A stretch of DNA of 64,000 bases from Histomonas meleagridis 2922-C6/04-290x. Lineage: Eukaryota; Protista; Parabasalia. Each line of letters opens with the position of its first letter. The stretch's first letter is position 1. The DNA is taken from contig JAANOX010000221.1 of assembly GCA_020184695.1 (NCBI GenBank), forward strand, positions 29,494 through 93,493, read 5' to 3'. The position numbers and the translations under genes are program-made. The notes beneath the pieces were generated by a model that was given only the letters and a program-made list of their open reading frames with translations, ran no database searches and had not been told where the DNA came from. Positions 1 through 11,100 of this stretch are shown piece by piece.

Positions 1-169
1 ATTATTAATGTTATTATTAGTTTTATTATGATATGTGATCTATTTGTGTTATATTGTTTTTTCTTCTTACTTGATTCGGAAATTCGGAAAATATTTCATA
101 ATCTTTATCTACAACACAATCGATCCAACTCATATTTTTATAGAAATTAAAAAAATAAATTTTTTAAAA

Positions 170-1600
170 AATGAACTTAATTTTCTGATTATGTGAAATC
201 ATCCGAAAAATGCAAGTTTACGTGAGTTGCTGTGGGTCCTGCAAAAATGCAGTACCTATGAATATGTCGAAGAAATAAAAAGCCATGAAACATTAACGTA
301 CAAAAATATTTCTTCATTCATCTGAATAATATATGAATGTGTTGAATGATGCAATACTAAGAAGCAAATGTATTTCGGAAGAGTTTGTCGTTAAATCTAT
401 GTAGATTTTAGTGATTTGTCGTTAATCCTAAGTAGATTTTAGTGATTTGTCGTTAATCCTAAGTAGATTTTAGTGATTTGTCGTTAATCCTAAGTAGATT
501 TTAGTGTTTGGGCTTAAAGTTGTTATCAAATGATGTTTTTATCGAAAAAGTATAATTAAAATTTCAAAAGTGATTTTTAACAAAAAAATTCACCCTCAAC
601 GAAACGGAGGAAATGAGCATTTTTTGTATTATTTAACGCAAATATTGCAAGTTTGCAGCAGTTACTGAAAGATTAACTTTTTTTGTTTTTTTAACCCTTG
701 AATCAATTAACGTGTAACACTAACGGAAGAAGTTGATTTTACGTGTTTATTCTTATTCATTGACATATAACACTAACGGAAGAAGTTGATTTTAGAAACA
801 AGTATTTTTCAGTTGAATGACAAGAAAATTGATTATCAGTAATTGAGTCATAGTTGAATCTTCATTTAGATTCAAAAATAAATACAATCACTCTTGATAA
901 GAATATAGTGATAAAACAGAAACAACTAACGTAAATACAATCACTTTTGATAAAAATCAAATGATAAAACATATAACATCATTCATTTAACGACAAACTA
1001 ACTAACTAAAAAAAGTTATTGGCTAAAGGAAATCCGGAAGAGATGATTGAGTTATTCTTATTTAATGATATGAGCCGATTATTGCAAGTTTACGTGATCT
1101 ATTGATTTCTCATAAATACATCTTCCGTTAATCCTATGTCGAATATATATTTTTCATATTATTTTTTGTTTGCAACCTACCAACTTAACTTAACCTTATT
1201 AAAAATTCGAGAAAGCCTTATTGTAAAAGTCAGTATATTTTCGAGGTTGGATTTTAACTTGATGATTTGACTTGAATATTGCAAGTTTGCGGGAGCTACT
1301 GAATGAAAGCGTTAACGAACAAGTAGATTTTACACAAAACATATATACTAGCTGATAACTTAATATACCAGGTAATTACCAGGTAAAATTGCGATTAGCT
1401 AAAGGAAATTCAAAATTGTTCTGTGAATTATTCCAATTTAATGATTTGACGTGAATATTGCAAGTTTACGTGAGATATTGATTGATTAACAAACGGAGAC
1501 ATAAATTTAGAAACAAGAATTTTTATGTATAAATGATTCAAAAATTGATTTTCAGTAATTATATAAACATTAATTGAAAGTTGTTGCATTCGACGAATGA
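170..1600. repeat. Array of degenerate repeat modules with core TTGCAAGTTT(A/G)CG; probable subterminal region of a mobile element
   Basis: Core TGCAAGTTT recurs near 211, 647, 1083, 1281 and 1459. GCTAAAGGAAAT occurs at about 1022 and 1398. TAACACTAACGGAAGAAGTTGATTTT occurs twice about 52 bp apart (about 715, 768). AAATACAATCAC(T/C)TTGATAA occurs twice (about 881, 934). Segment 793-843 resembles 1509-1560. No long ORF. Confidence 0.7.
401..506 (+). repeat. 31-bp tandem repeat, about 3.4 copies
   Basis: Unit GTAGATTTTAGTGATTTGTCGTTAATCCTAA at 401, 432 and 463, partial at 494. Confidence 0.95.
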
Positions 1601-2318
1601 GAGCATTAACCCCTCAAAAATACTTCTTCATTCATACGAATAGTTAATGAATATGTCGAGTGATACAATAATAATTGAGCGCCAAGTAAACCAAAACACA
1701 ATTGCAAGTTGTTTGATGTATAGTATTATTGCAATATCTCTGAATTACGTACGACCTGAAGATATGTTGTTGTTTGATCCGAAAAGTAAATTTTCAAAGT
1801 TAAAAATTAATTATAGCACGAAAAATAAAGAACATAAAAAATTGAGTGTACGATTGATAAGTAATTATTCGCATAATACCAAAAACAAAAGCTTAAATTC
1901 TTTTGAATCATATGATAAAAAAAATGATTTATCAGATGCTTTATTTCAAGCGTTAGTACTTATTGCTGAAAAGAATGAAATGGAAAATAATGAAAAGAAC
2001 GAAAAGAAAAATAATGAATCGGATAAAAGAGAGAGTAAAGTTTCATTAAATGAACCGCGATTGCTTCTCACGAATTACTTGTAATTTTTCAGTATTGATT
2101 TCTTTATTGTATCATTCGTCGAATGCAACAACTTTTAATTAATGTTTATATAATTACTGAAAATCAATTTTTGAATCATTTATACATAAAAATTCTTGTT
2201 TCTAAATTTATGTCTCCGTTTGTTAATCAATCAATATCTCACGTAAACTTGCAATATTCACGTCAAATCATTAAATTGGAATAATTCACAGAACAATTTT
2301 GAATTTCCTTTAGCTAAT
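1394..2318. mobile_element. 207-bp near-perfect inverted repeat pair (1394-1600 / 2112-2318) enclosing a 511-bp spacer
   Basis: Reverse complement of 2112-2318 equals 1394-1600 with one mismatch seen (G1576 vs T2136). No target-site duplication is visible at the outer ends. Confidence 0.85.
1647..2084 (+). pseudogene. C-terminal fragment of a RuvC-like (poxvirus A22 / Cce1-Ydc2 type) Holliday junction resolvase
   Basis: Motifs DTIIIERQ...N and KKNDLSDALFQAL resemble the vIErQ and KKDDLAD(S/A)xLQ motifs of A22/Ydc2 resolvases. The N-terminal IDxG catalytic strand is absent and there is an in-frame TAG at 1641. Ends in an N/E/K-rich tail. Confidence 0.6.
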
Positions 2319-2319
2319 T

Positions 2320-2451
2320 ATGTATGTAATACTTGATGAATTTATTGTTGCTGGTGGAGTTGATGAATGTAATAGGCAAATAATCTTAAACAGAATGAAA
2401 CAATTAGATGCTATTGACAAAACCAAAAACAATTATTTTATCTTTGTTGAC
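2320..2451 (+). pseudogene. 3' fragment of a clathrin adaptor (AP complex) sigma subunit gene
   Basis: Translates MYVILDEFIVAGGVDECNRQIILNRMKQLDAIDK, resembling the sigma-adaptin C-terminal YxILDExIxxGEIxE motif. It begins 1 nt after the right inverted repeat; the 5' two-thirds of the gene are missing. Confidence 0.6.
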
Positions 2452-2562
2452 ATTCTAATTTAAATTTTATGTAAAATTTAGGCTAACTTGTGACTTGCAA
2501 GTCATTTTAAAATATTAATTTTTAAATCATTAAAATAAATATGAAATAAAACAAATTGATAT

Positions 2563-3000
2563 ATTTTTCGCATTAATATCAATTCCTTTTTGTTCAAGAA
2601 GTATTTTTAACAATTTCTATATAACTATTTTTTTAGATGCAAACATAAGTACTGTGTCAAATAGGTAAAATAGGTTTCAAATATTTTTTTAAAATATAAA
2701 ATTATTATAACAAATATCAAATAATACAAATAAATATCTTTAGCATTAATATCATTTTCTTTTTGTTCAAGAAGTATTTTAACAATTTCTATATGACCAT
2801 TTTTAGATACAAACATGGATGCTGTTTTAAATATTTTAAATAGATTCCATATATTATATTATTTCAAAATATCAAATCATTAAATTAAATCCTAAATAAA
2901 ACAAATTGATATTTTTAGCATCAATATCAATACCTTTTTGTTCGAAAAGTAATTTAACAAGCTCTATTTGCTAATTTTCAGATGCATAATTAAGTACTGT
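2563..3000 (-). pseudogene. Three ankyrin-repeat coding units separated by AT-rich spacers
   Basis: Units 3000-2911 (TVLNYASEN*QIELVKLLFEQKGIDIDAKN), 2825-2736 (TASMFVSKNGHIEIVKILLEQKENDINAKD) and 2655-2563 (TVLMFASK..SYIEIVK/ILLEQKGIDINAKN). Spacers are 85 and 80 nt. Confidence 0.85.
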
Positions 3001-4324
3001 TTGAAATAAGATAAATAATTTTCGAATATTATTATGATGTCCCTAAATTATTAAAATAAATTACATTAATTGATTTATATCTTCCTGAATTTCTCCTTTA
3101 CAGAATTATCATTAACATCCTCATTCTCACCTTCACAATTTGTGACTTATAATATATAGAAAAAATTTAAAGAAAGAAATTGACATCAATAAATCAAATG
3201 AATATAATATAAAGAAAAAATTAAAAATATTAAAAAACACAGATATGGAATTTGATGATTTAAAAATTATTCTAGCTATAGTGAGATAAAAGGATATGAA
3301 TTTAGTATAATGTTTCTTATCATTAACAAATTTTATTATGATTGTTTTGAACATTTTAAATTTTTCTTTTTGCAAAAAATGAAAAAAATTTATACTATGT
3401 AGTAAATAGAACCTCCTCGTGGGGGGCCCCGAACACATAGCGATCATTTTTGACAGTTAACCATTACCATCAAACCAAAAATTTAGGGTTATCGTTTTTT
3501 GCTACAGACAAACCTTGTCAATTTTAGTCGCAAAAAAAATAATTTAGATGTCATTTTACTGTAATTAAATTTGTTAGATAAAAATTAGATGGAACAAAAA
3601 GTCAGATTTTGATGAAAAAAATTATGATATTAGGATATGAGATAACAAAATCATATAAATTATTGATTTTTATAATTTCTTCACATTTTTTAAGTTTCAT
3701 TTACTGGTGAATGCCCTTAATTAGAAATTTTATAAATATCATATGCTGAAAAAAAGAAAGAGAATAAAAGATTTATGAATAATAAATAAAACATTATAAT
3801 ATTTTTAAATTCACATATCTGTTTAAAGAATAATAGTAAAATAATATTGGATGGGGGAAAAAAATGTACATTTTAGCATAAGGATATTTTTAATAAACTG
3901 GATGCAGATTTCCAACGATAGAATCAAATGAATAAAAAATCATCAGATTTATATTCAAAAACTGAAGTAATAAACCAAGAAAGTTGTAGAAAAACAAACA
4001 ACTTACAAAAGATTCAAAAACACAAAAACTATTATAAGATACATACTAAAAAATTAAACAAAATAGACAAAAATGCTAAAAATGATTAAGTGAATCACAG
4101 GTGTTTGAAAGAGAGAAATAAATTGAAATTATTTAACATGTTAAATAAAATACATTTCAAACACTAACAAGAAAACTTGGGTATAATTTCCCGGGGTTTT
4201 TCTTTTTGTTATTAAAATGTCATTTTGCACCCCCAATTTTAAATATGTTTATCAATGACTTATTCATTTAAATTTAATAGACCCAAAACGTCATTAAGCA
4301 CTAAGCCGCCTACCAAGTGTTAAC

Positions 4325-4337
4325 CCTTTGCTCATTT
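4325..4337 (+). promoter_or_regulatory. Trichomonad core promoter: M5-like CCTTT plus Inr TCATTT upstream of H3
   Basis: CCTTT at 4325-4329 and TCATTT at 4332-4337, 7 nt before the H3 ATG. This matches the described Trichomonas Inr and M5 geometry. Confidence 0.6.
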
Positions 4338-4343
4338 CCATTA

Positions 4344-4762
4344 ATGGCACGTACCAAACAAACAGCACGTAAGTCAACCGGTGGTAAGACGCCGCGTAAG
4401 TCACTCGGCGCTAAGGCAGCACGTAAGTCAACACCAGTTGTTGATTCGCAAGGCGCTAAGAAGCAGCATCGTTTCAGACCGGGTACAGTTGCACTCCGTG
4501 AAATCCGTAAATATCAAAAAAGAGCACAGACCTCCTTATCCGTAAGCTTCCATTCCAACGTCTTGTTCGTGAAATTGCATCTGGATTCCGCGGAGATCTC
4601 CGTTTCCAATCATCAGCCATCGCAGCACTTCAGGAAGCCTCAGAAGCATATCTTGTTGGTCTTTTTGAAGATACAAACCTTTGTGCGATTCATGCAAACC
4701 GTGTTACAATTATGGAACGCGATGTCCAACTTGCACAAAGAATACGCGGTGAACGTAACTAA
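4344..4762 (+). CDS. H3: Histone H3 with one +2 frameshift at about 4518-4522
   Basis: [31 protein letters not shown]...[17 protein letters not shown], then after removing 2 nt [79 protein letters not shown] (138 aa). Confidence 0.95.
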
Positions 4763-5890
4763 ATGTTTCCTTGAACTTATTTTTAGAATTTATTAAAAAT
4801 GGAATTCGATTTAAAGCAATTATAAATTACAAGATTTGCTTCGCGTGGTTTACGAAGCGTAGCGTAGCAAACCAACAAATTATTTAAAAATAATGTTAAA
4901 GCAAAAAAACACTATTTGATAACTTACAAATAAATATTCTAAAAATTGTATAAATTTAAGAATTATAGAATCACAAAATAACTTTTAATTTTAATAAAAC
5001 AAAATACCAAAATGAATTATCGCTTTTGACTTGTTCAAAAGTATTTTCATCATTTATATATATATATATATAATAGAATCATTGAGATTAGTGTTTTTTA
5101 TTTTGGGCAAAAATAGAACAAAATGGGCAGGGCACACCTAACGATAGGAGTTGAATAAGTGTCACTTTTAGAACAGGATCTCTTGCAACAAAACTTTTAG
5201 AAAAGTGAAATCAATCTTTTAGGCTTTAGGGTTTCAAGGAGTTTAAGCATATTTTCCAATGTTTACATATAAAAAATATGTGCCTCCGTGGGCAGAGATC
5301 TGCCCAAAATGAAAAACCCTAATTGAGATATAGATAGAAAATTATAAAAAAGATAAGAGTATAATAGAAAAATATTGGGAGTGAGAAAATTAATGATTGA
5401 GTTAATTTCAATGAAACGCATGATCATATATTGTTTGAAATACAATGATCACCATATAGATGATGTTTTAATCGAAAATAAAATAAATTTTATATAAAAA
5501 AATGAGTGTAAAAAAATTATTATTTTAAAAGATAAAAGAAAATATCAAAAACATGAGGTGAGCGGGTCGTTATAATATACTTTCCCAAATGGGCATCAGA
5601 TAGCCGACAATATGAACCGAATGTTTTTTTTTTTTCGATTTTTTCATCACCAAAAAGGAATCTGTTTTCATTGAAATAAGATGACAGAAATAATTTCATT
5701 GAAACAAAACGGTTTTTATAATTTTTAAATTCAAATATCTTTATTAATTATCATTAAATCAATTATTTTTTTAAATTATGATCTAAATTTTAGTTATTAA
5801 GTGTTTTTAAATCATTCATTATTTTCAAGATAATCTATTTTTCGAGATACGTGAAATCGCATTCAATTTTTGACGGTTTTGAAATTTTAA

Positions 5891-6067
5891 GATGTTGATC
5901 ATCGTACCATCTTTCCACCCATTGCATTGCCAACCTATAATGCAAATGCGCTTGAGTTTCATGTTATTAATATTGCTGGGTTATCAAATCAATTCTTATA
6001 TGTTAACGATGATTTCTTCTTTGCACGTCCAACCAAAAAAGACACATCTTTGAGCTCAAGTGAATAG
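5891..6067 (+). pseudogene. Isolated fragment of a Stealth-family (CR2) hexose-1-phosphate transferase gene
   Basis: DVDHRTIFPPIALPTYNANALEFHVINIAGLSNQFLYVNDDFFFARP matches the Stealth CR2 pattern PTFNSxAIE...IxGLSExFxYxNDDFF. Stops lie on both sides and there is no start codon. Confidence 0.75.
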
Positions 6068-6173
6068 AAACTTATTTTATATATATATATAATAGATACA
6101 TTAAAAAATGAAAATTAGAGAAGCATATGTTTTATTTAATATAAGTATTGAGGAGCCTTATAAATTTGAGAAT

Positions 6174-6871
6174 TTATTCCACTATTAATAATATCATTAT
6201 AATTTGAAACATAATTCTCAAATATATCAATTCTTCTTCGAAATTCTTTTTGCTCTTTTGAATATCTTCTTCTGTATTTAAGATAAAGTTTAATCGAAAT
6301 ACATCAAAACCATTAATATTCTTTTTATTAGAATCAAAATAATTAAAATAATTGAAATGAATTTCAGATGTTCGATTAGTTTTTTTGAAACAATACCACA
6401 AATTCGTAATCCAATGCCAACTGTATATAATTTGCGAAGCATCGTTTTATATTTACTTTTCCCTTGTGAAAATAATTTCGCAATTTTATGTAAATTTAAA
6501 CAATTCTTGTTTAAATAAAAGAATAATTTAATAACTAATATTGATATATTATCAAGTCCTCCATTAGAACTACAATCAAATAGCATTAATATTTCATTGT
6601 TTTGTGAACTTTTTTCGATTTCTTCTTTAAATTTTTTTATAGTATTTTGAATATTATTAATACCAATCCATTGAAACATATCATTCGAACATCTTCGACA
6701 TACTTCAATACCATCACAAACTGTGATGAAATCTTTCACTGTTCTTTTACTAACATTAAATTTGATACTAAGTTCTGAGATGAAAAATAATTTGGTATTA
6801 TTGTTTTCTAAATATTCTGATAGTACTTTTAATATTGTAGCATCATTAACATTCATATTTTGTTGAATCAT
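6174..6871 (-). CDS. Atypical E2F-like protein with two winged-helix DNA-binding domains; frameshift in an A-run at about 6380-6386
   Basis: ISELSIKFNVSKRTVKDFITVCDGIEVCRRCSNDMFQWIG and TMLRKLYTVGIGLRICGIVSK resemble the E2F RRxYDxxNVL...W.G motif. ORFs 6290-6871 and 6174-6401 join by a 1-nt indel (SK/TNRTSEIHF). Confidence 0.6.
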
Positions 6872-8180
6872 TTAATCAAGTGAACTCAAATATTTTAAAT
6901 ATACTTGAAAAATATATCATTAAAAAAATCTTAAAATTATTATTTCTTTTGAATAAAATTTGAATATTTGAAAAAAAACAAATATTTATAATATAATTAA
7001 TATGAGAAATATTATTTGAAAAATTATAAATATTATATTAATTTTATATTAAGATATTAATATTTTTATAAAAAATGTTGGTTTGGTCTTCTGTATCGAA
7101 TTCGAACGTTATTTAAATTTTATGAGGGCAAATACATCTGGTTAAACAGTCAATTTATGAACTTTTTAAGAATATAAAATTAATTTAACGTTGGAAATTA
7201 TAAATTTTATGATAAAATTTCATGTCTTATGAATATGTTCAATTGATCAGCGGTATTCAAATAAATTAGTGAATATTAACTTATTAATTTATATGATCAC
7301 TTACTTTCCTATTTTGTTTTTGTAATAAAAATGATTTTGAGAGTATACAATGTCATAAAAAAAGCACATAATATTTCATACATAACATTTCATAGATTTA
7401 GCAAATTATTACTAAATTGTTTGTCACTCATAAGAATTTGCACATCATGCAATCTAGGTTTAGTATCATTTAGATTTAGGGTTTTTGTATGTCTTAATGT
7501 TACTCATATCATTTTCTTAATTGTATCATTGATTTTTATGATATATTAAAATTCAAATGTGAATGTTGTGGTAAAGAAACCGTTATTTTTGGCAACGATA
7601 ACTTCATGTTTGTTTTCTGATCTGTTTTGCCATGTTGGAACAATAACTTTCACTTGTTAAGTTTGGAGACAACCATTTGTAACAAATTATGGTAAATCAT
7701 GTGTTATACATTACAAATAAAGCATATATTTTATTACCATAATTCCTCAATAATCATTGAAAAACTTTTTATTTAAATACTTTCTGTGGATACGATTAAA
7801 ATATACTGATTTCTCTTCAAAAATAAAACAGAAATACCTTATCCAAAAATTAATTTATAAATCAATGTATGCTCTTAAAAAATATGACTATATATATATA
7901 TATATATTATAATATTTTAGAATAATTAGAAATTAGAAGAAAAATCGATTCGAGCATGTATTTTGTATTAAGTTAAGGAATCTGGTGAAAAACAGTGTTT
8001 GTTTTTTATTGATTTTTGGTTGAAATTTTGTTGTTAAAGATGGGGACGTTTCGCGCAAAATTAAATCAAAATCATAAAATTTTATGCAGCCCGTTACAGT
8101 AACATCACTTGCTTAAAATCACTTCAATGAGAACTGTTATAATATTCAATTTTGAATTTACAAAATCAGACGATAGAGTT

Positions 8181-11100
8181 ATGGCGCCGAGATACATATG
8201 CATTTGCTCAGACACAGGACCTAATAAAATATATGAAGAAAGCAAATTCAAGGGCATGTCTGTCCATAAACTAATTGCTAAAAACATATTGGAAGAAAAA
8301 CAAACAGTTTGGGTGCATACTCCAAATTTTATGATTGCGTTATCCGAAACAGAAATTCCGATAAAAGTTTATCCCGACCTTCTTTTAACGCAAAAGTCAT
8401 ATAATTACAAAAGGCCAAATTTTTATCTTTATCAATCTTCCACAATTCCAGAAGACAATATCATACTTTATTTAAACACCATTCAAAAGCAAGAATTTTA
8501 TATTCCACCAATTCCAGTTTCTCTTGCCATATCAGAGCTAGTTAACATTACATTTTCAGATCTTTCAGATCAAGTTCTATCAATTATTGGCTATAACTCC
8601 AAAGTCAATTGTTTTTATGCCGATGGGATGCTTATAGATGAAGAAGAAACTTTAAATAATTTCATTGATTTTGAATCTCCACCAGAATTATCAGTTGACA
8701 TCGAATTTTCATCTAAATCTCTTCAACGTATGCAACATCGTAATAATATCATCAAAGAGATCATTCAAACAGAGAAACAATTTCTTGAAGGATTAAATCA
8801 AATCATGACATTTTGGCAAGTTCAATTTAAAAATCGAAATGTTTTAACAGAGAATGAACAAAACATGATATTTCGTGACATTCAAGTTATCTACAAATCA
8901 CATAATGAGTTTTATGAAGCTTTTTTACGTCAAGACTTAGATTATTCTGCTGATTCTGCTGCGACTTTTTTAGAGTATCAAAATTGTTTACGTTCTTCTA
9001 TTCATTATATTTCACGTTTTTCATCGATCAATGAATTAATTAACATCAAGAAACAAAATCGAGCTTTTACGTCAACAATGAATGAATTACAACAAATGAA
9101 TGATGGCCGAGATTTAATGTCATTTTTAATTACACCAATTCAACGTTTACCACGATATTTATTATTTATACGCGAATTAGTTAAGATTACGCCTAAAAGT
9201 CATCCTGATTCAGCATTATTACCTTTAGCTGAAGAAGTGATCGAAAAAATTACAATTGAAGCTGATCAAGCAACACGACAAGCTAAACAACAAACGATGT
9301 TAAAAGAAATCGAAGACAAACTTAAGAAATATGAAATTAGTTTACAAGATCCTTCACGACAAATTATAATGCTTGTTGAAATAACATTACAAAATCAAAA
9401 GAAGAATTTCCAAGCGCAATTATGTTTATGTAATGACATTGTTTTTATATATGTTGATCGAGGCAAAACAGGAAAACTCATTTTTTCTCAATCGTTATAT
9501 ACATTTCATTATTTACCACTTGTCGGTGAATTTAGATCAGTTGTAATTCCATATATTTATAAAGTTAAAGAATCTGTTTATGAAAGAACTGAATTTATTA
9601 TATCTTTTTCTAAATTAGAAGAAAAAACACAATTTTTGGATAATATTCATCTTTTATTAGATTCGTTTAATGAAAAACAAGGAGATAAAGAACGACAAAT
9701 TAGATGGTCATTAACATCTATATCTGATTCATTACCATCGATTTGTCAACATAATTGTATCTCTAATGGAGAATCGATAATTTTTTATGGAGGAATTTCT
9801 GCGCAACGTTTAATTTGTTCGGAATTTTCTTCTTATCATCAACAAAACTTACGAAATTTCCCTTTGTCTGAAATGACCACATTAGAATGTGGTATAATTG
9901 GACGACGGAAAAGTACTTTTACATATTTAAAAGATTATTTTTATGTGATTGGAGGGTTTGTAGGTACTAAAGAAATACCCGATATAATGCGATATAATTT
10001 AAATACTGGTGAATGGCATCAATATGGAATTAAAAACCCTTTTTATAGACATGGACATACATGTGTTTCATATAAAGGGAAATTATATATTTTCGGTGGT
10101 AAATCTAAAGAAAATGGATTTTCATCACAAATTTATGTATTAGATCCTAATCAAAAAGAAATTGAACAATTAAATATTAATGGAAAAAAACCTGATCCGA
10201 GATCAGGACATTCAGCTATAGTCTTTAAAGATAAAATGTTTATTTTAGGCGGGAAAAATGAAAAAGGAATTTTAAATGATTTTTGGTCATTTGACTTTAT
10301 AAATATGACTTGGAATAAAGAAATATTAAATGAATATATTCGACCAAGAACATCACATCTTTCATTATTATTAGGGAATGAAATGTTAATAATTGGAGGT
10401 ATTACTGATTGTCCAGAATCTAATACATTTACTATTAACTTAAATAACTTCGAAATTTCTAAAATTAATAATTATGGAAATTTTCCTTCTTCTTTAAGAT
10501 ATATGAGTGGCTCAATATTATCCAATAAAGAAATTATAATATATGGAGGTATTGAATATAAAAGTAAAACACCTTTATGTACATTATATACATTAAAGTT
10601 ATCAAAATCTTGGATGGATGAAATAAAAAATGAAATAATTGATTGTTTCGATCAAAATAAATGGGAAGAAATATTAAATTCTCAAAGATGTCATACATTA
10701 ATATCACATCAATCGACATATTTACCTGATACTAATAGATTAAAATCTAAAGATAAAAACCAAAATAATATAACTTCCAATCAAATTAAAACTAGAACAA
10801 GAAGAGCTTCTATAGCTGCATTAATCTCTAAAACAGAAGATAAAAATAATAATAATATTCCTTCTAATAAACAACCGATATATCAAAGAATGATAATAGA
10901 ATCAATTGCTATCGAAAAAATCGATTCCGATAACTTAGCAACTTTTGTAATTGATTCACCAAAATTAAAACGACAACAACAAAGTGATAAAAACGAAACT
11001 TTAACTCCGAGACAATTAGTCGAAGAAAAAATTAGTCCCGGAATACAAAGAAGATATTCTGTATTTCCTAAGTCACAAGGAATGAGAAAACTTCGGACTG

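Noticed and set aside
401-506. CRISPR-like or telomeric repeat
   Set aside because: Head-to-tail 31-bp units with no spacers; not a short G-rich telomere unit.
3133-3447. ORF MIAMCSGPP... starting at a GC-rich GGGGGGCCCC island
   Set aside because: After the first about 15 codons it is F/I/K-rich low-complexity sequence typical of non-coding AT DNA. It may be a decayed gene start but the product cannot be supported.
5100-5310. Possible MITE with ATTTTGGGCA/TGCCCAAAAT ends and a GGGCAG-AGAT-CTGCCC hairpin
   Set aside because: Only about 10 bp of inverted match, no TSD, no second copy in the window.
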